64,000 nucleotides of DNA from Blasia pusilla (lineage: Eukaryota). The translations under genes and the position numbers were made by a program. The notes under the pieces are model-generated. The model had not been told where the DNA came from, did no database searches, and saw nothing but the letters and a program-made list of their open reading frames with translations. Where the stretch lies: the NCBI GenBank assembly GCA_050084515.1, contig CM114271.1, positions 35,526,001 to 35,590,000 of the forward strand, in the 5' to 3' direction. This document shows positions 11,101 to 24,599 of this stretch, one piece after another. Position 1 is the stretch's first letter; every line of letters starts with the position of its first letter.

Positions 11101-13066
11101 TGAGTCAGTCAGTTTGACCCTGATTAGACACAAAACTAGAACACCAGATCAAAACTAAAAACTACTCAATTATAATTTTCCTGCAGGACTCCAGAGCATT
11201 TGTTGTTGGGAGCGTTTGCGGGTGCTATCGCTGCTACTTGTACTATGCCAGTAAGAATTGCTGAACGTGATGCTTTGCCCTTAGCTCGGAGATCCAGTTA
11301 GTGGATGGTTGAATTGTCTCCCCACCTCATGTGTCCAATCTTCTCTAGCGTCGTTGCTCTGTCCCATAACTTCTTCTGATTCCATAACTTCATGGAAACT
11401 TTCATTACAACACATCAGCAAGTTTATATCTGATGGCTTCCTATTGTGTTCAGTTCATATATCTTACTGAATACTAACTGGGTGTCGTATGGCAGCTCGA
11501 TCTTGTGAAAACTCGCCAACAATGTGGAATGTCACAGAGCATTCCCACCATTGTGCTTTCAGTCCTCCACGAGAAGGGTGTAGGTGGCTTGTTCACTGGT
11601 CTGGTAAGTTATCCATCACGATTTCTGGCAGACCTGGTGTTGACGGTGCTTTTCTATCTCTTCATAATAAGTAGTCCCTGTAGATTTAGTTCCCAGAGCT
11701 TCTCCCCATAGCTGTGATTGCTGGCCTTCCAACTTTGATGCACTTAGTAAACCAGACTTGGAATATACTCCCATTAAATTAGAATTCTGGTTTTTGGTGT
11801 GGCCGTTTTAACACAGCAATAAATTACAGCACAGTGAATTTCCATTTATTCTCTTTCTATTTTGAAACCCTTCTTGGTAAATTTGTCCATCACCACATGC
11901 CTACTGTGCAAAGCCGTATGTGATAACTGTTGCACTGATAATACTGTTTTCCTTCCTGAGAATCCGGGTCACGTTTTCATGATGTCCCTTTCGGTGCTGG
12001 TGCAGGGATCACGGATGTTGCACGTGTCCCTTATGTCAGCCCTCTTCTTCAGTCTATTTGAGTACTGCAAGCTGGTATAATTGCAGTACACCTGTTCTCT
12101 TCTCTTCTCTTCCTGTAAAAGTCACCATCGGATAAGAGTGGGAGTGGAATGTAAGTGGTTACTACTTACTGAGGGGACCCATAAAGTAGTGGGTGGCTTG
12201 AAGAGAGATGTTGACTTAGTTGCTTTTGAAGTCCACGGGAAGCCTTGTTGTCGAGCTTCTGGGACCTTTCCATCGCATCAGATCCATCCGTCGGACACCT
12301 TTCATCACCAAATGTCATGGAGTAGTCTTTTTTCCACGGGGTTCATGTGTTTAGGGGTCGCACTCTTTTCAACTCTTCATTTTGCAGCGAGGGAGTCGGT
12401 ACAGGCTTTACGATTTGCAAGTCCAGAGAGATTGCACTCATCATTAAGCTACACATGTCGTAGCGTTGCAATCATAAATGAATCAGGGATATCCCTCATC
12501 GACTGCAGAGCTCATTATCTATTGTTTCTCTCAGCGCGAGAGTATCTACGGGTTCACTATCTGCAGGCTCGGAGAGATTACACTCTTCAAGCTATGCATG
12601 TCATAGGCTTGCAATCAGCGATCGGTCATGCAGACACACGGAGTTACTAAACAGGTTCACGATCTGCAGATTCAGAGACACCACACCAATTATGCTGTGC
12701 ATGTCGTAGGCTCGCAGTCAGCAATCCATTATGGATTTCCCTTGGAGCCTGTAGTGCTCATTAACTATAGCATCTCATAGCGAGAGAGTAACTACGGAAA
12801 GGTTCATGATCTGCAGGTTCAGCGAGACTACACTCATCATGTGCAGGTCTTATCTCACAATGAGCCATAGTTTAAAGGAAGCGAGAAAGCAATCACGGAA
12901 AAAACTTAGTTGCATTAAATTCGTGTAATCCAACTAACTATGTGCAGGTTCTGCGCGGCAGGTACTCAAGCCCGGCAGGGATCCCCACGACAAACTTTTC
13001 CTACCAAAGATTTGGATCAAGAGACGCGACAAGATCTGGAAGAGGCAATTTGTGTATACTGGGTAG
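8151..13066 (+). CDS. Mitochondrial carrier family (SLC25) protein, SAM-carrier/mitoferrin-like group, with N-terminal extension; 5' end uncertain
   Basis: In-frame GT-AG exons 8151-8584, 9253-9478, 9598-9698, 9863-9914, 10130-10233, 10648-10709, 11187-11250, 11496-11603, 12006-12074, 12962-13066. The three carrier signature repeats Px[DE]xx[KR]xR are present (HPVDTVKTRMQ, VPADTLKHRVQ, MPLDLVKTRQQ), plus EGIGGLYRGF and KGVGGLFTGL. Confidence 0.9.
8575..9160 (+). repeat. Intronic tandem repeat of the exon-end/donor unit with (CTA)n microsatellite, 4 copies of ~125-175 bp
   Basis: AGTGTC(C/T)CAG|GTACTAC(TAC)n..GACTA(A/G/C)GAT..(A/G)TCTCCCACT recurs at 8575, 8728, 8904 and 9028 (the last is degenerate). 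Confidence 0.85.
12385..12850 (+). repeat. Intronic degenerate tandem repeat, ~4 copies of ~100-150 bp
   Basis: GGTTCACGATCTGCAG.TTCAGAGAGA.TACACTCATCA..GCTA/GTGCATGTCGTAGGCTTGCAATCA recurs at ~12403, 12551, 12654 and 12801. Confidence 0.75.
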
Positions 13067-14502
13067 CGGCCTGATCCACTACATCGGTGAGGAGCCAGAT
13101 CTACGAAGAGGCAAGAGAAGACCACTATAGGTCGTCGAGTAAGGTGACTAGTCCGACCTCCCCCGTCCGCCATAGCTTCTCGATTTGGACCTAAAATGTA
13201 CTTGCAAAAGATCTTGCGAGTCCATTTTGGCTCTAAAGACTTGTAATCTTCAGAAACACCGTCAGAATCTCAATCGCATCTCTCTCAGGACTAACGAAAT
13301 TTGCGATGCGTTGCGCAGACAACGTACCAGTCTGGTATCACTGAGAAAGCCTGGATGCCACAAGATCGTCGCGCGTGGAGTCGGCGCATCAGATGAACCT
13401 CCAAAGTGGCGATCCGTCGGAGCTTCACAGGGAGTCAGTCAGTATACTGGTCATCCAATCGGTAGCGATTCTTTCGTATGGACAGTTGTTCATCTTCATC
13501 GTTTGTGTGCAGCCCATCAAGCAAAGAGGACAAGTTTTGCTCTCAACCACAAGCACATGACATAATCTTGAACCCTGAAGATTGGATAATTGTATTATAG
13601 TGCGGAGCGGCTCCCTATACACTTCAGGAGTAATGATGTATATAGCATTATATGATTTTTTTATAGCATACAATATGTTTATATGTATTTTTAGAGTCCA
13701 ATGTCACTTGGATGTACATTATATTATTTTATTATTCTTTTATAAAATGAAAAAATATGATTATATATATATCTTTTGAGTGGATTATATTGTTGATGCA
13801 TGATTCTGTTCCATCTGCTAGTGGGCAACAAATGCTATGCATGAGAGTGAAAGGATTATTTATGTTCTGCTCAACAAATTTGTCTTCTTGTCCGAAAAAA
13901 TATACTCACATGTCAAGGAAAGAGACGTTTGTAAATCAACAAAGTGCTTTTCAATAATAATTTATATTATAATTCGAGGAAGAGGATATTATTTTATTTA
14001 GTAGTTCCCTTCCCAAAGAAGAAGCCCTCTTTTAAAAGGAAGTCTCTTCTAAAATAGCGAAACATTTGAAAATAATGGATGAAATTGATATCCAAAACTT
14101 TGGTAAATAAATCTAAAGATCATGTTTGCCAATCATTTTTTACATTTCAAACTTGATAAATAACTTATCCCATAATATATTTGCCAATTCAATAGTAGTC
14201 AGAAGTTCATTCATGCATTGCACTAGCACCAACTAGTGGTTCGATACTAATGCGGAAGATATCTTTGATTTATTGCAAACAAATCAAAGATATCAAATCA
14301 AATTGGATAATGCCATGAAAGTGGGATGGGGCATCTATATTATTGTTAGGAACGGGCCTCTTAACATTAGACATCTCTTGGTGAGATACATACTCTGATT
14401 TACCAAAGTATTTACCAAATTGCTCATGATTAGCCCAGGCATCCACTAGTTATCTGCATTATAATGCTCGACTTTATATGCACATGTTTGAATTGATTCA
14501 TA

Positions 14503-14710
14503 CTAGCCGTTCTCTTGCTATGCATGGGTGAAAGATTAGCCCAAGAAGACAAAAGCTTGGGTGTTTACATGCTTTTGCTTGCATGAAAGAGCGATTTGTG
14601 TCAATTAACTAGAGGCGAAAAAAATAGGTGTCGTAAGGAGGGATGACACCCTCTATAAGGGACACCCCCTATAAGGGGTCAAGGGCATTCTCCCACAATA
14701 ATATATATCA
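14503..14710 (-). mobile_element. Degenerate mini-Helitron
   Basis: CTAG|T end at 14503 on the minus strand with a decayed hairpin. The other end, GGCATTCTCCCACAATAATATA, resembles the GGCACTCTCCCATAATA terminus of the copies at 52.5 and 58.9 kb. Confidence 0.5.
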
Positions 14711-14749
14711 GATGTTTAAAATAAATGAATTTGAATACATGAGGATTTT

Positions 14750-15389
14750 TTTTATAGATTAAAATTTTAATTAATTTATATTGGAGTTAATGATTCTAAG
14801 TGTGCAATAAGATAAAAATGGCTAGATAAATCTTGAAATTAAATAATTTTTTTTCCATTAGTTCATATTTGATGGGAAAGGAAAATAAATGTTAATAGAG
14901 AAGGAGTATATATATTTTAAATTTTATGGAGAAATGGATTCCATTTAGGGGAATGCATGCAAATTAATGAAACTATTTAGGGGACTATATTTAAATTATA
15001 ATTGAAGAATAGAATCACTTAGAAGCATGGAATGTTATATTCTTCTAAGATTTAAAAAATATGTTCACACAAAATTAATTCATATTTGATACTTTGGGAA
15101 AGGAAAATAAATTTTATTTTTCATTAATTAAAATTAATTAATGATTTAGTTAGTTGATGTTATTTTCGTAGGAAGAATGGAAGGGGAAGAATAGATATTG
15201 TTTAAACTTTTATGGAGGAATTAAATTATTAAGGGGATTTGGTTATCATTTAAATATTAATTGAAGAGTAAAATTATATTTCTATTTTAATATTTAATAA
15301 ATAGAAATTATAATTCAATTTTGAAATGAAAAATATTTCTAAATCATTCAAAAATCAATTTTGTATGCAAGCATGGGTATGCTGACTAG
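14750..15389 (+). mobile_element. AT-rich non-autonomous Helitron-like element with internal ~115-bp minisatellite units
   Basis: The same units (ATTCATATTTGATG..GGAAAGGAAAAT; AAATTTTATGGAGGAAT..AAATTATT) occur at 46.5-48.2 kb and 60.7-60.95 kb; ends ATGCAAGCATGGGTATGCTGACTAG|T. Confidence 0.6.
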
Positions 15390-16970
15390 TAGAAATTTTT
15401 CATGCACTTTCTTTTCGTTCTAAGATTTTGTTTCATATGTATTTGCATACGAGGAGAATATAACATCCCATTTTATATTCTTCTCTTTAAATTGTATTGT
15501 CTTTTCTCTTCACCTCACCTTTCACATGTATTTGCAAATACTAGGCTTCATACTTAAGTAACATCCCATGTTATGTTTTCCTCTTTTAATTGTAAGTATT
15601 GCACATATAAGAAATATTTTCATATAGATTTTTCAGTGTATCTTATTAATTTTAATATGAAAATAAAATCCTATTGAAAATTATGAAAATTCCTTTATTT
15701 CAAATTAATTAGAATTAGATAAGCATTTGTTAATGTCTTTGTAAGCTTTTTCAAAATTGTATGGGGGAGAATGTAGACTTTGGAAAATAGTTTATGGATG
15801 GATTTCTTAAGTTGCCTCTATATCTCTTAGAAACTCTTATGTGTCTAAGCTCTATTAGGTGTCTCCTCTAACCCTTTACGCCGGTGTTGAAATTTCAACG
15901 TTGGTAGAAATCAGTTGTTCACAATTACTTTCAGTTATTAGCCAGTCAAGGTCATTGGGACACTAGGCCATTTCTGCGCCCAAAATTTTTGGGAGGAAAA
16001 AACTCGCGATTCTCTAGGATCTCCACAACGAGACGTGCATAGGATAAATAAGGTTAACAACTACAGGGCGATCTGCTAGGCAAACGTCGTTTCAAACAAT
16101 GTTTTGGGAAATCCGAGATAACAAGTGAACCTTTGTGGTTGAAATTGAAAATTTTTGTTTCATTTTGAAATTGTCGGCCTTACAAAAACCGATTAGTTAG
16201 GATCTGTAGAGACCGTTCGATGCACGGCCTTTCATTAATAACTTCTTTCTCTTTACCAATTTTTAGACCCCATTAAGGTGACAAAAGTATTTTTGAAGGA
16301 AGTTTAGTGACACCACTGAAGTAGCTTCATAAAACTTCCTCTAATTGGACTTTAGTAACTTGTTCTTAGAGGGTTTCTGCAAACCGATTGCAAGAGCAGT
16401 GTTTCCGACCCAACAATACCGGCAATAGGGCGTCTAAAAACTTGCCATAACGTTGGACGTCTGAAGCCATAATTTGTTAAACAGTCAAATGCCGCCCTTG
16501 GGTGCGGGATATTGTTAGGGGTGGACGCACACCTCCTACGACTAGACGTCCAAGACGGGTCTGCGTGTTTTTAGGTCACACGCTCTCATAATTACGGAAT
16601 CAAACAAGATTGATGCTCATACATAAATGGAACCCCTGCCTATTTTATGGTCAAATGCTTGAAGGACGTAAACAAATTAAGTCCTCCAAGTGAGACGCCC
16701 TAATATAGCGGGTCCCACGGAAAACTCCCCTTTAGTTTTTCTCAAATTCAGAAAAACTCACTTTATTAGAAAAGCAAACTTGAAAAGGAACAAGTTGGGT
16801 ATGAATTGCAAAACAGCTGAAGAGCCCAGAACTCCACTCTTGAGCTGCTGCCCAACCCCTTCGCATCTGACTAGAAGCCTGCCGAGAACTTGGGTTTCCA
16901 TTGCCGGCTTGGAGCTGAGAAAATGTGAAATCTGTTCGAGTCGTGCCTTGGATAATTGTATCTTTTTTCC

Positions 16971-19900
16971 ATGGCCGTGCACTCGGTGTGGCAGGGTCTC
17001 ACTGCCAAGGTGACAAGTCCCAATGTGGTTGCCACAAATTGTAGGCTCAATGCGGCTGTCTTACTTGCAAGGATGCAGGGGACGGGGCAGGCAACAGGTC
17101 TGCTTTCAGCTGTGAAACCGTCTTGGAAGAAAGGGGTTGATGGACAGTGCAGATGGTGGTGCACTTCCAGCTCATGTTCTGGTAATCATTCGGCGACTGT
17201 GTGTATGGGAATGGAAGATGATAGCAAGTCTTCATCTGTCCTGCAAGCGAGCTTGCAAGAAATGCGCAGATCAGGTGTCATCGCCTGCTTGAGAACTTCT
17301 AGGTATGTATGCCAGCAATATCTCTTCAAGCTGCCGCGAATTTGAACAATTTGGGGGATGTGGTCGCAGAGTTCTACGGAAACATACAGATTAACATATT
17401 GTGCTTCTTCCGATTTGTTTTCCAGTTGTTAGTAGACCAATTGGCAGAAGTCAGATGATTGGAGTCGTAAGTTGGCTGAAAGTCGGTGTCATTCTCTGGA
17501 TTTCAGGGTACAATTGTCAGCCACTGCGGCCATTTGCTCGCAAGATCGGGCTGCTTTGTTTGTCCTCCCATAAAGGCTATGCCTGAACCCTAAACGCTCT
17601 TGCTCGTAAATAATTTCAACCTCAAATGTGCTGAAGAACTTGTATCCCCAATCAGCAGATGCCGTGACCTTTGTTGGGGTTCAGGGTTTAAGATTCCCAT
17701 AGTTTCCTTGGATGTTCGGTTCACTGAGCTGGGTTCCATAGGAGTCTGGATTCTCAGGGAGAGCTCTTGAGGTCTGGAAGTAAGGTTGGGGATAAGGCTG
17801 GGAAGCGTAACTAATGATCAATATTTTTCGGTCGCAGTGCAGATTTAGCGTTGGATGCAGCTCGTGCAGCCCTCGATGGCGGGATTAATGTGGTCTGCTC
17901 TGGTGCCTTACTGAAATTTTTTTCCTTCCATAGGGTGAAGACGAGGTGCATTTTGCTTTCTTGGAGGGACTCCTCTCTATCAAATTCTTGCCATGAAAGG
18001 ATTCTCACAGTCCATCCTACTTCTTTGGATCTAAACAGCTTGAGGTCACTATGACAACTCCATCAGCTGCAGAGGTACTGGAGAGCTGCTTCCGGAGAGC
18101 CCTAGTCAATTGAAGTGGTGCATGTGGATCAAGGCTGTTAGAACGGATTCGAAACTTAGCAATATGCCCTTATACAGTAGCAATATCAACTGAAGGGATT
18201 GCAATCATACACAAAGTCAACAGAAAGGATTGCAATCGTACACTCTAGTAAAGTCCATTTTCAATCATTCGGAGAGAGGGGTTTTGATGGTCACCATAGA
18301 TATATAATCGATAGGAGTCAATCCTTTAAGACGTTGAATGTGGTCTTTGATCTTCTCCTTTGTCTACCAAATGGGCTATTCGTAGCAATAAGGGAGAAAA
18401 GTGGAGATAGTGTTCACTCTTTCCATCAAGTGCTTTCACTGGAAGAATGTACTCCAATGCCGGTTCTGAGAGTTGTGCTTGATATTACAGGTTATAAAAG
18501 TTCTTGTGCAAGAGTATCCATCAGCTCTGATTGGGGTAAAGGAGGCTTCCTTCCCAAATTTTGATACCAAGTATGGTGTAGTTCAGAATCAGGTGGCTTT
18601 GACAGTTTGAAAGTTTTTGCTGCAGAATAGGAGAAGCTCAAGTGTGCTTGATAGGCCTCTTGTAACTTGTTTGCCTTGATCCAGGCTGGTACTGTTTTGT
18701 CGATGCAACAAGCCCAGATGGCTAAAAATGCTGGAGCCAAGTTTCTGATGAGTCCTGTGATGGTGAAGGTTTGTATATGGCCACACTAGATAAATCCGTT
18801 GGAGAGAGTCATGCCTATGAACTGGTGGCACTCACAGGGAGAAAGGATGCACTTATTCATCCGTGTCTAAAGTCTATCTTGTATGTGAGTGGGATCTTGG
18901 AGTTTGAGAAGGCACTTAATTTCACAGTTGTTTTACATCATGTTACGAATTCGAGTAGATGGTCTCCAATTCACCTGAGAGATGGGTTGGTAGATATGCT
19001 GGATTGAATCTGCCCATTCTTTTTCTTACCTCTTTCCGGTTGTCTTTAGGAAATGGTGCTTGCGCACAAAGATGGACCAGTGCTGTTTATTCCTGGAGCT
19101 ATGACACCTACTGAGGTGCGGAGGCTCAGATTGCAAGCAGAATGGGAGCTTCACCTTCAATTTCTTTCACTAAGCTCGTTGTTGTATTTCTATCCTGGAA
19201 GTTGTGAGAATTTTGGTCTTTCTGGATGAGATTTCTTTCTCTAATCAGTGTAACCATGGATGTGTCCTCATAGGTTGTGGGTGCCTACAACTTGGGAGCT
19301 CTTGTGGTGAAGGTAACATCATAATATGTGCACTCTGGATTGTTGGTCTTTTTCCTTTTCGCCAGATTGCATTATTCCACCACAAATACCCGAGGCGAGC
19401 AATGAGGCTGCACAGCGATGGATAGGTTATAAGACTGCATGCAAAATCCAGATGGTCTTAATTTTCCTGATATTTCCTGTTTGTTCCTCCCTTCACGGTC
19501 TGTTTTTTGCCATTAACTTTATGTGACCTCTTTGGGTTAGATGGTACGTTTGAAAGGTTAGTGCAGTGTGCAGTGCTTGAGTTGATCTGGTGAAATACAT
19601 TACCCAATAAACACGTGCTTCTGCTGTAAGTTTCAGTTGACTTTCTTCTCTGACTCGAGAACAATCTTGATATTGCAGTTGTATCCCGTTGCTCTCATTG
19701 GAGGAGTTCGATTTGTGCAGGCTTTAAGTAGACCACTGGCTTATATTCCTTTGATTGCTTCTAATGGGATTTCTCTAGGTGAGTACATGGGTGGACTTTG
19801 CTCGAATCATGTGCCCAATGTGAGGTATTAGTACCATCACATTAGATGGATTCCGATTGGTTGTTTGCAGAAAAGTTTGAGATTCCTCTTTGTATTGATG

Positions 19901-20063
19901 ATTGATTATGTTTTGGTAACTGCTGACAGATATGGTGGAGCCATATCTTACGGCTGGTGCAATGGCAGTGATACTATCTGATGCGGTTTTCGATAAATCA
20001 GCACTGGAGAGCAGGGATTTTGACAAAATAAAGCTTTGTGCACGTATGGCTATTTCCAAGTGA
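16971..20063 (+). CDS. eda: KHG/KDPG aldolase (Eda family, class I aldolase) with predicted organellar transit peptide
   Basis: Nine in-frame exons: 16971-17302, 17838-17892, 18039-18074, 18491-18535, 18685-18768, 19050-19115, 19274-19312, 19679-19778, 19930-20063. Protein: GVIACLR..ALDAARAALDGGINVLEVTMTTP..ALIGAGTVLS..AGAKFLMSP..FIPGAMTPTEV..GALVVKLYPV..GG..PLIASNGI..YLTAGA. Catalytic Glu (LEVT) and Schiff-base Lys (VKLYP) are intact. Confidence 0.93.
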
Positions 20064-21349
20064 TGATGGAGCAGGGAAACATGGCTGAAACCTGTATAAC
20101 CACCGAGTAGATGTGTCACCGTTTGGCCGACTTTATTCCCCATCATGTGAGGGAGTTGATTGCATGGTGCTTGCACTCGTTTCTGCAATTCTTGTGCTTG
20201 AATATGACGACTGGCAACCAGCAACACTTCAGCTGAAAATTTTGCAGCAACCCTCAGGGACTGATTCCACAGGCAGCCCAGCAACCACGTTGCATGTGGC
20301 GATCCATGGTGGCGATCATTGCTGAAATTGCAACTCTGAGATCAGGAATAGAAGTTACTTTTTTATGATTTTCTATTACTTTGAAAAGTTACTTCTTTTA
20401 TCTGTAACTTTTCAAGCAAGCCAGGAGCTGTCCGATAAGAGGAAGAGGCTCTCTTATTCTCTTCACTACTTCTTGAGCTCCTAGACCAGCAAACTTCTTG
20501 AGTGCTGTCTCTCAGCATGGGTGGCTGACCTATTGTGAATGGAGGAGTGGATGTTTTGGAGGATCTAGTGCGGGAGGAGATAGTGTGCTGCTTAAAGAGG
20601 CATCAATTGTGTAGAGAATTTTTTCTTCCTGTAAGGAGGAAGGCGATGAGCAGTAGATCAATAAGATCTATCGCTCATAAAATTTCATTTTTTTGTAAAT
20701 ACAAAGTTCCTCTTTCTTATTTCTCATGTGGTAAGTTATTTTCATGTAGCTTTAATTTGCTGTGGTTTCTTGGATTGACTTGAACAAATTTGTTCTATTG
20801 TTAAAAGGAGGTTTGGATATTTTAGGGTTTATGGATGTTACAATCCTACTATTAAGGAGTTTTGCATGGGTAGAAACGTGTTTAATAAAATAATGTCATG
20901 GTATGAGATACTAGATTTGGCTCACCGCAAGTTTGGTGAGGCAATTCAAAATCTAGAAAGGGAAAATCAATTGGTACCATCATCCAAGGACACCAATAGA
21001 GGACTAGAAGACGTGTCTCTCACGTCTTCTAGTCCTCTCTTGGTTTCGTTGGATCTAGTCTTCTAGTCTCTATACTCTCAAAGTTCTAGGAATCCATAGT
21101 TTGGAATGTAGAGCGAAGAAGTGAAGCTTAAGATGAAAAATATGGAAGAGTCCATGAATCGAATATTTCGAGAGGCAATAGACCAAGGGATTTTAGCCCT
21201 CATTTCATTTCCATACTCTGGGCATGAAAAAGGGTAAGACATCCAAAGTAGAGATTAATATATTATGGCCTTTCGCCATTCACCATGAATATATGATGAA
21301 GAGTCTTTGTGTATAAGGGTCAAGCATTCTCAAGGAAGGGATTTAGAAG

Positions 21350-21740
21350 TGAGAGTGGATTGATGTTGTGGAAGAAGACTTCACAACCTTGGAGAAGTGA
21401 GAAACTTTGGAACTACTTGATCTTCAAAAAGGTAAGAAAGGGATTGGAAGTGGATAGGTGTTGATAATAATGCGAAATTCTCATACGACTGTTAGTAGAT
21501 ACAAGGCCAAATGACTAGCCAAGAATTCTATACAAGGCCAAATGAGTAGCCAAGGATTCTAAGATATCCATTCTATTGACTAAAACTTGAGTGAGATTTG
21601 ATTTTGATCATCATCTATATTGATGATGTGATTTGGACTCATACCAATGAGCGTACGATGCAGAAGTTCTAAGTGCCACGGCAAATTGAGTTTGAATTGA
21701 AAGACTTGGGAGAATTCAAGTAATTTCTAGGTGTTTAGTT
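21350..21740 (+). mobile_element. Ty1/copia reverse-transcriptase remnant (internally deleted)
   Basis: Translates to LEK*ETLELLDLQKGKKGIGSG*VLIIMRNSHTTVSRYKAK*LAK ... LIIIYIDDVI ... EFELKDLGEFK*FLGV, matching copia RT WELVDLPKGKKAIGCKWVF..RYKARLVAKG, YVDD and FEMKDLG..FLG. A 31-bp tandem duplication (21499-21560) lies at the deletion point. Confidence 0.85.
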
Positions 21741-22214
21741 ACTCTTGACACACTTTTTGAGCTCCAGTTCCTAGTATGCATTTGGATTTGGAAATGTCGT
21801 AATAGTGGGTAATAAGTTTTACTCTTTGGTTGTTCTTTCTTTTATCTATGGATGTACTTGAAAAATTGTGTATGGTTTTTTCAAGGGTTGGTGTTTTAGT
21901 GAGATGAAGCTCATTACTTCTATGACTAAAAAATGATAATAATTTTTTTTATTCATGTTTTAGTTCATTGTAAATGGGTGATGCCAAAGTCAATCAAGTC
22001 GAGGGAGAGAGTTAGGATCACGCCAACTTAATTCACATGGTGAGAGTTCATTCACACCAAGTTTGGACTTATAATTATGATTTTATTCATCCTCATATGA
22101 GATAAAGATATCGAATATGTTTGGAAATTCTTCTAAAAGTAGAGGATGATATTGAACCGTTTATGCCGTCTATGCTCGAATTTGAAGGCAAGAAAGAGAG
22201 TTGAATTAGCAAAA

Positions 22215-22600
22215 TGTGTTGCAAGAGTTATCTATTGATTTGCCCATAATCCACACTAACGAATCTTGCACATGGACAAAGTCCATGTCCGGGGACTTAT
22301 GTCCGTCCCTAGCATCGACATGTCCGTGTAGGCACGAGAACCCGCAGGCCGCGGCCTGCATCTGAGCCCGCCCCGCCTTTCCGGCAGTGTACACACGGAC
22401 TTACCTAGCCCACACCTAGTCTAAGCACCCATCATTAGCTTTATAGCCAGCACCAGCCCGCAAGAGCCTTGTCTTACGCAAGGTGGTGCGTGCTACATAT
22501 GAGCCCATACCTTCCCACCTCCCTTAATATGAGCTTGCACCCATTTCCGTTCGAGCAACAGGGGTATAGAAAAAACCCAGGCGGGGGACCCTTTAGACAT
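22215..22600. mobile_element. LTR-like or other repeat fragment related to the 3' region of the gypsy element
   Basis: GC-rich island in AT-rich DNA. TTGCACATGGACAAAGTCCATGTC (22266) matches the reverse complement of GACACGGACTTTGTCCATATGCAA (~45564-45587). Confidence 0.4.
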
Positions 22601-24599
22601 GTACGTTTCCGTGCAACCATGGAATATTGACTCTTGGGTGATTCATGTGGTATTGGGAAATCGACTATCATCAAATACACATAGTTTGTTATTAAATTTC
22701 TCACGAGTAGATAATACAAACTATACTAAAATTTGTTTACAGGCTAAAAATGAGTAAAAATTAGAAGGATCAAATACTCAAATCTGAGCATATATACGGA
22801 GAAAAAATTTCAGAAATCATAGGAGCTATAGATACATCTTACATAAAAATAAAATTAAAACGTGTTATTCACTACTTCCTAAAGTATTATAATAATCACC
22901 ACTCTACTTCTCCATTGTATTTGTAATACCGATCTAAAGTTTTGGGACTTATGTGATAGTAGTTCTACCAATCGTGGCAGTACTCATGATTCTTCATATC
23001 TAAGAAAATCCATAGTATTTAAATGCATTGAATGGACAAAAGTTTCTTTCTCAAACGGAAATTACTTCTCACTTGCAGATAGATAACATAGTGAAATCAA
23101 AGTTATATTTTCTATAGTAGGCGGAAATATCTATTATTCTCTTCAATCATAATTGTTGAAACGTCTCCATTCACACTTGCATCAAGGTGATCTATTGAAA
23201 TTTTTAATAGAAATATTTTAAATCCAAGAGTGAAAATCAAACGTGTTTTTTAGTTACTTGAAAAGAAGAAAGAAAATTCTACGCATTGTTCACTATCCCT
23301 TGAAATTGTTTCTAAAGTCACATTCGGAGAATATATACAATGAACTTGTATAACATTTCTACTAACAAGCATTGTAGACTTGGCCTTCAAACTCAACCTC
23401 CAAAGAAAGATGTATTAAAATAAGGAGTTCTTAGACTACAATTATGAATGGAAATCTTTGAGATTGCTCAAATATGAAATTTGAAAAAAAGTGTATTAAG
23501 TCCAATAGATTTTGAAAAGACATCTAGATCAAAATTTCCTATAATTCACAACTTTAGATAGAAGGTGCTTTAACGGAAATTCTCGGAGGTCAACTTCGCA
23601 AACATGTTTGTTTTTGTGCAACCTTGAACTTAAGTGTTGACGGTTAAGAGAATGAATGAATAAAATAATGGGGTTTTAATCCTATAACTTTTGTTCTAGA
23701 GTATAATACTTATTATATTTTGTGCTGGAAATAATTGTGTGGGAATGGATTTGATTATGAACTCTTGCTTTTGTAGATATCTTACAACACTACATATGAT
23801 AGAATTTGATGTGACATTTAAATAAGGATCAATAGTAACTTATAGAAATTGCATTGGATGATCATGAGGTATCAATTTTCTTTCAAAGCTAAATTTGTTA
23901 TGTGAGCATATGCGCATGATAAATCAAACTTTTAAGATGTAGCCAAATATGAAAAAAATATAGAGAGCTTGACAATTTATTACACCGATTTATAAAAGTG
24001 TTAAGAAATATTTGAAGGTGGATTTCCTTTAATATATCGTCGTCTTCCATAGAATGACTAGTTTACCTTCAAAGGGTTACGACTAAGCAAAGGATCTTTT
24101 TGTAACCAAGATACCATGTTAGATTTTTTTCTTGACTTATCATAAAGATAGGAAATTTCCTCTAAACCAAATCTTCAAGAAAAAATGTTCCTCTCATGTA
24201 ATTATATGATAGATCTCTTTTGAAATCTAAAATACATCTCATAGTTTCATATGAAATCTGTACGAATAGAACAATTACAAACACAACATTGGTATTTGGT
24301 GCAACTCTTTCTCATTTTACGCAAGATAATAATTTGCATCATAATTGAGTTGTTTGATAACTATCAAAAATATCCCTAGTGATATGCCTCAATAGTTGAG
24401 GATGCTCCAAGGGCAACTCTAGCTTGTATTTGACTACCTAGACTAGATCCATCAAAATCCGTTGAGACTAAAAAAATCAAAACTAAAATAAAATACGCTA
24501 CCCAAATTTTAGGATGTGGAGAGACTACAATATCACAAGAAAATATTATTTGTTCTTGCTTGCTTATGATAGCTAAGACTTTTATTCACTATAAATGCG

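Noticed and set aside
12081-12650. 189-aa ORF continuing the carrier gene
   Set aside because: Lies inside the last intron, partly over a tandem repeat; no carrier similarity.
16971-20063. Recent bacterial transfer or contamination for the Eda-family gene
   Set aside because: Eight spliceosomal introns and a transit-peptide-like extension; homologues are known in plants.
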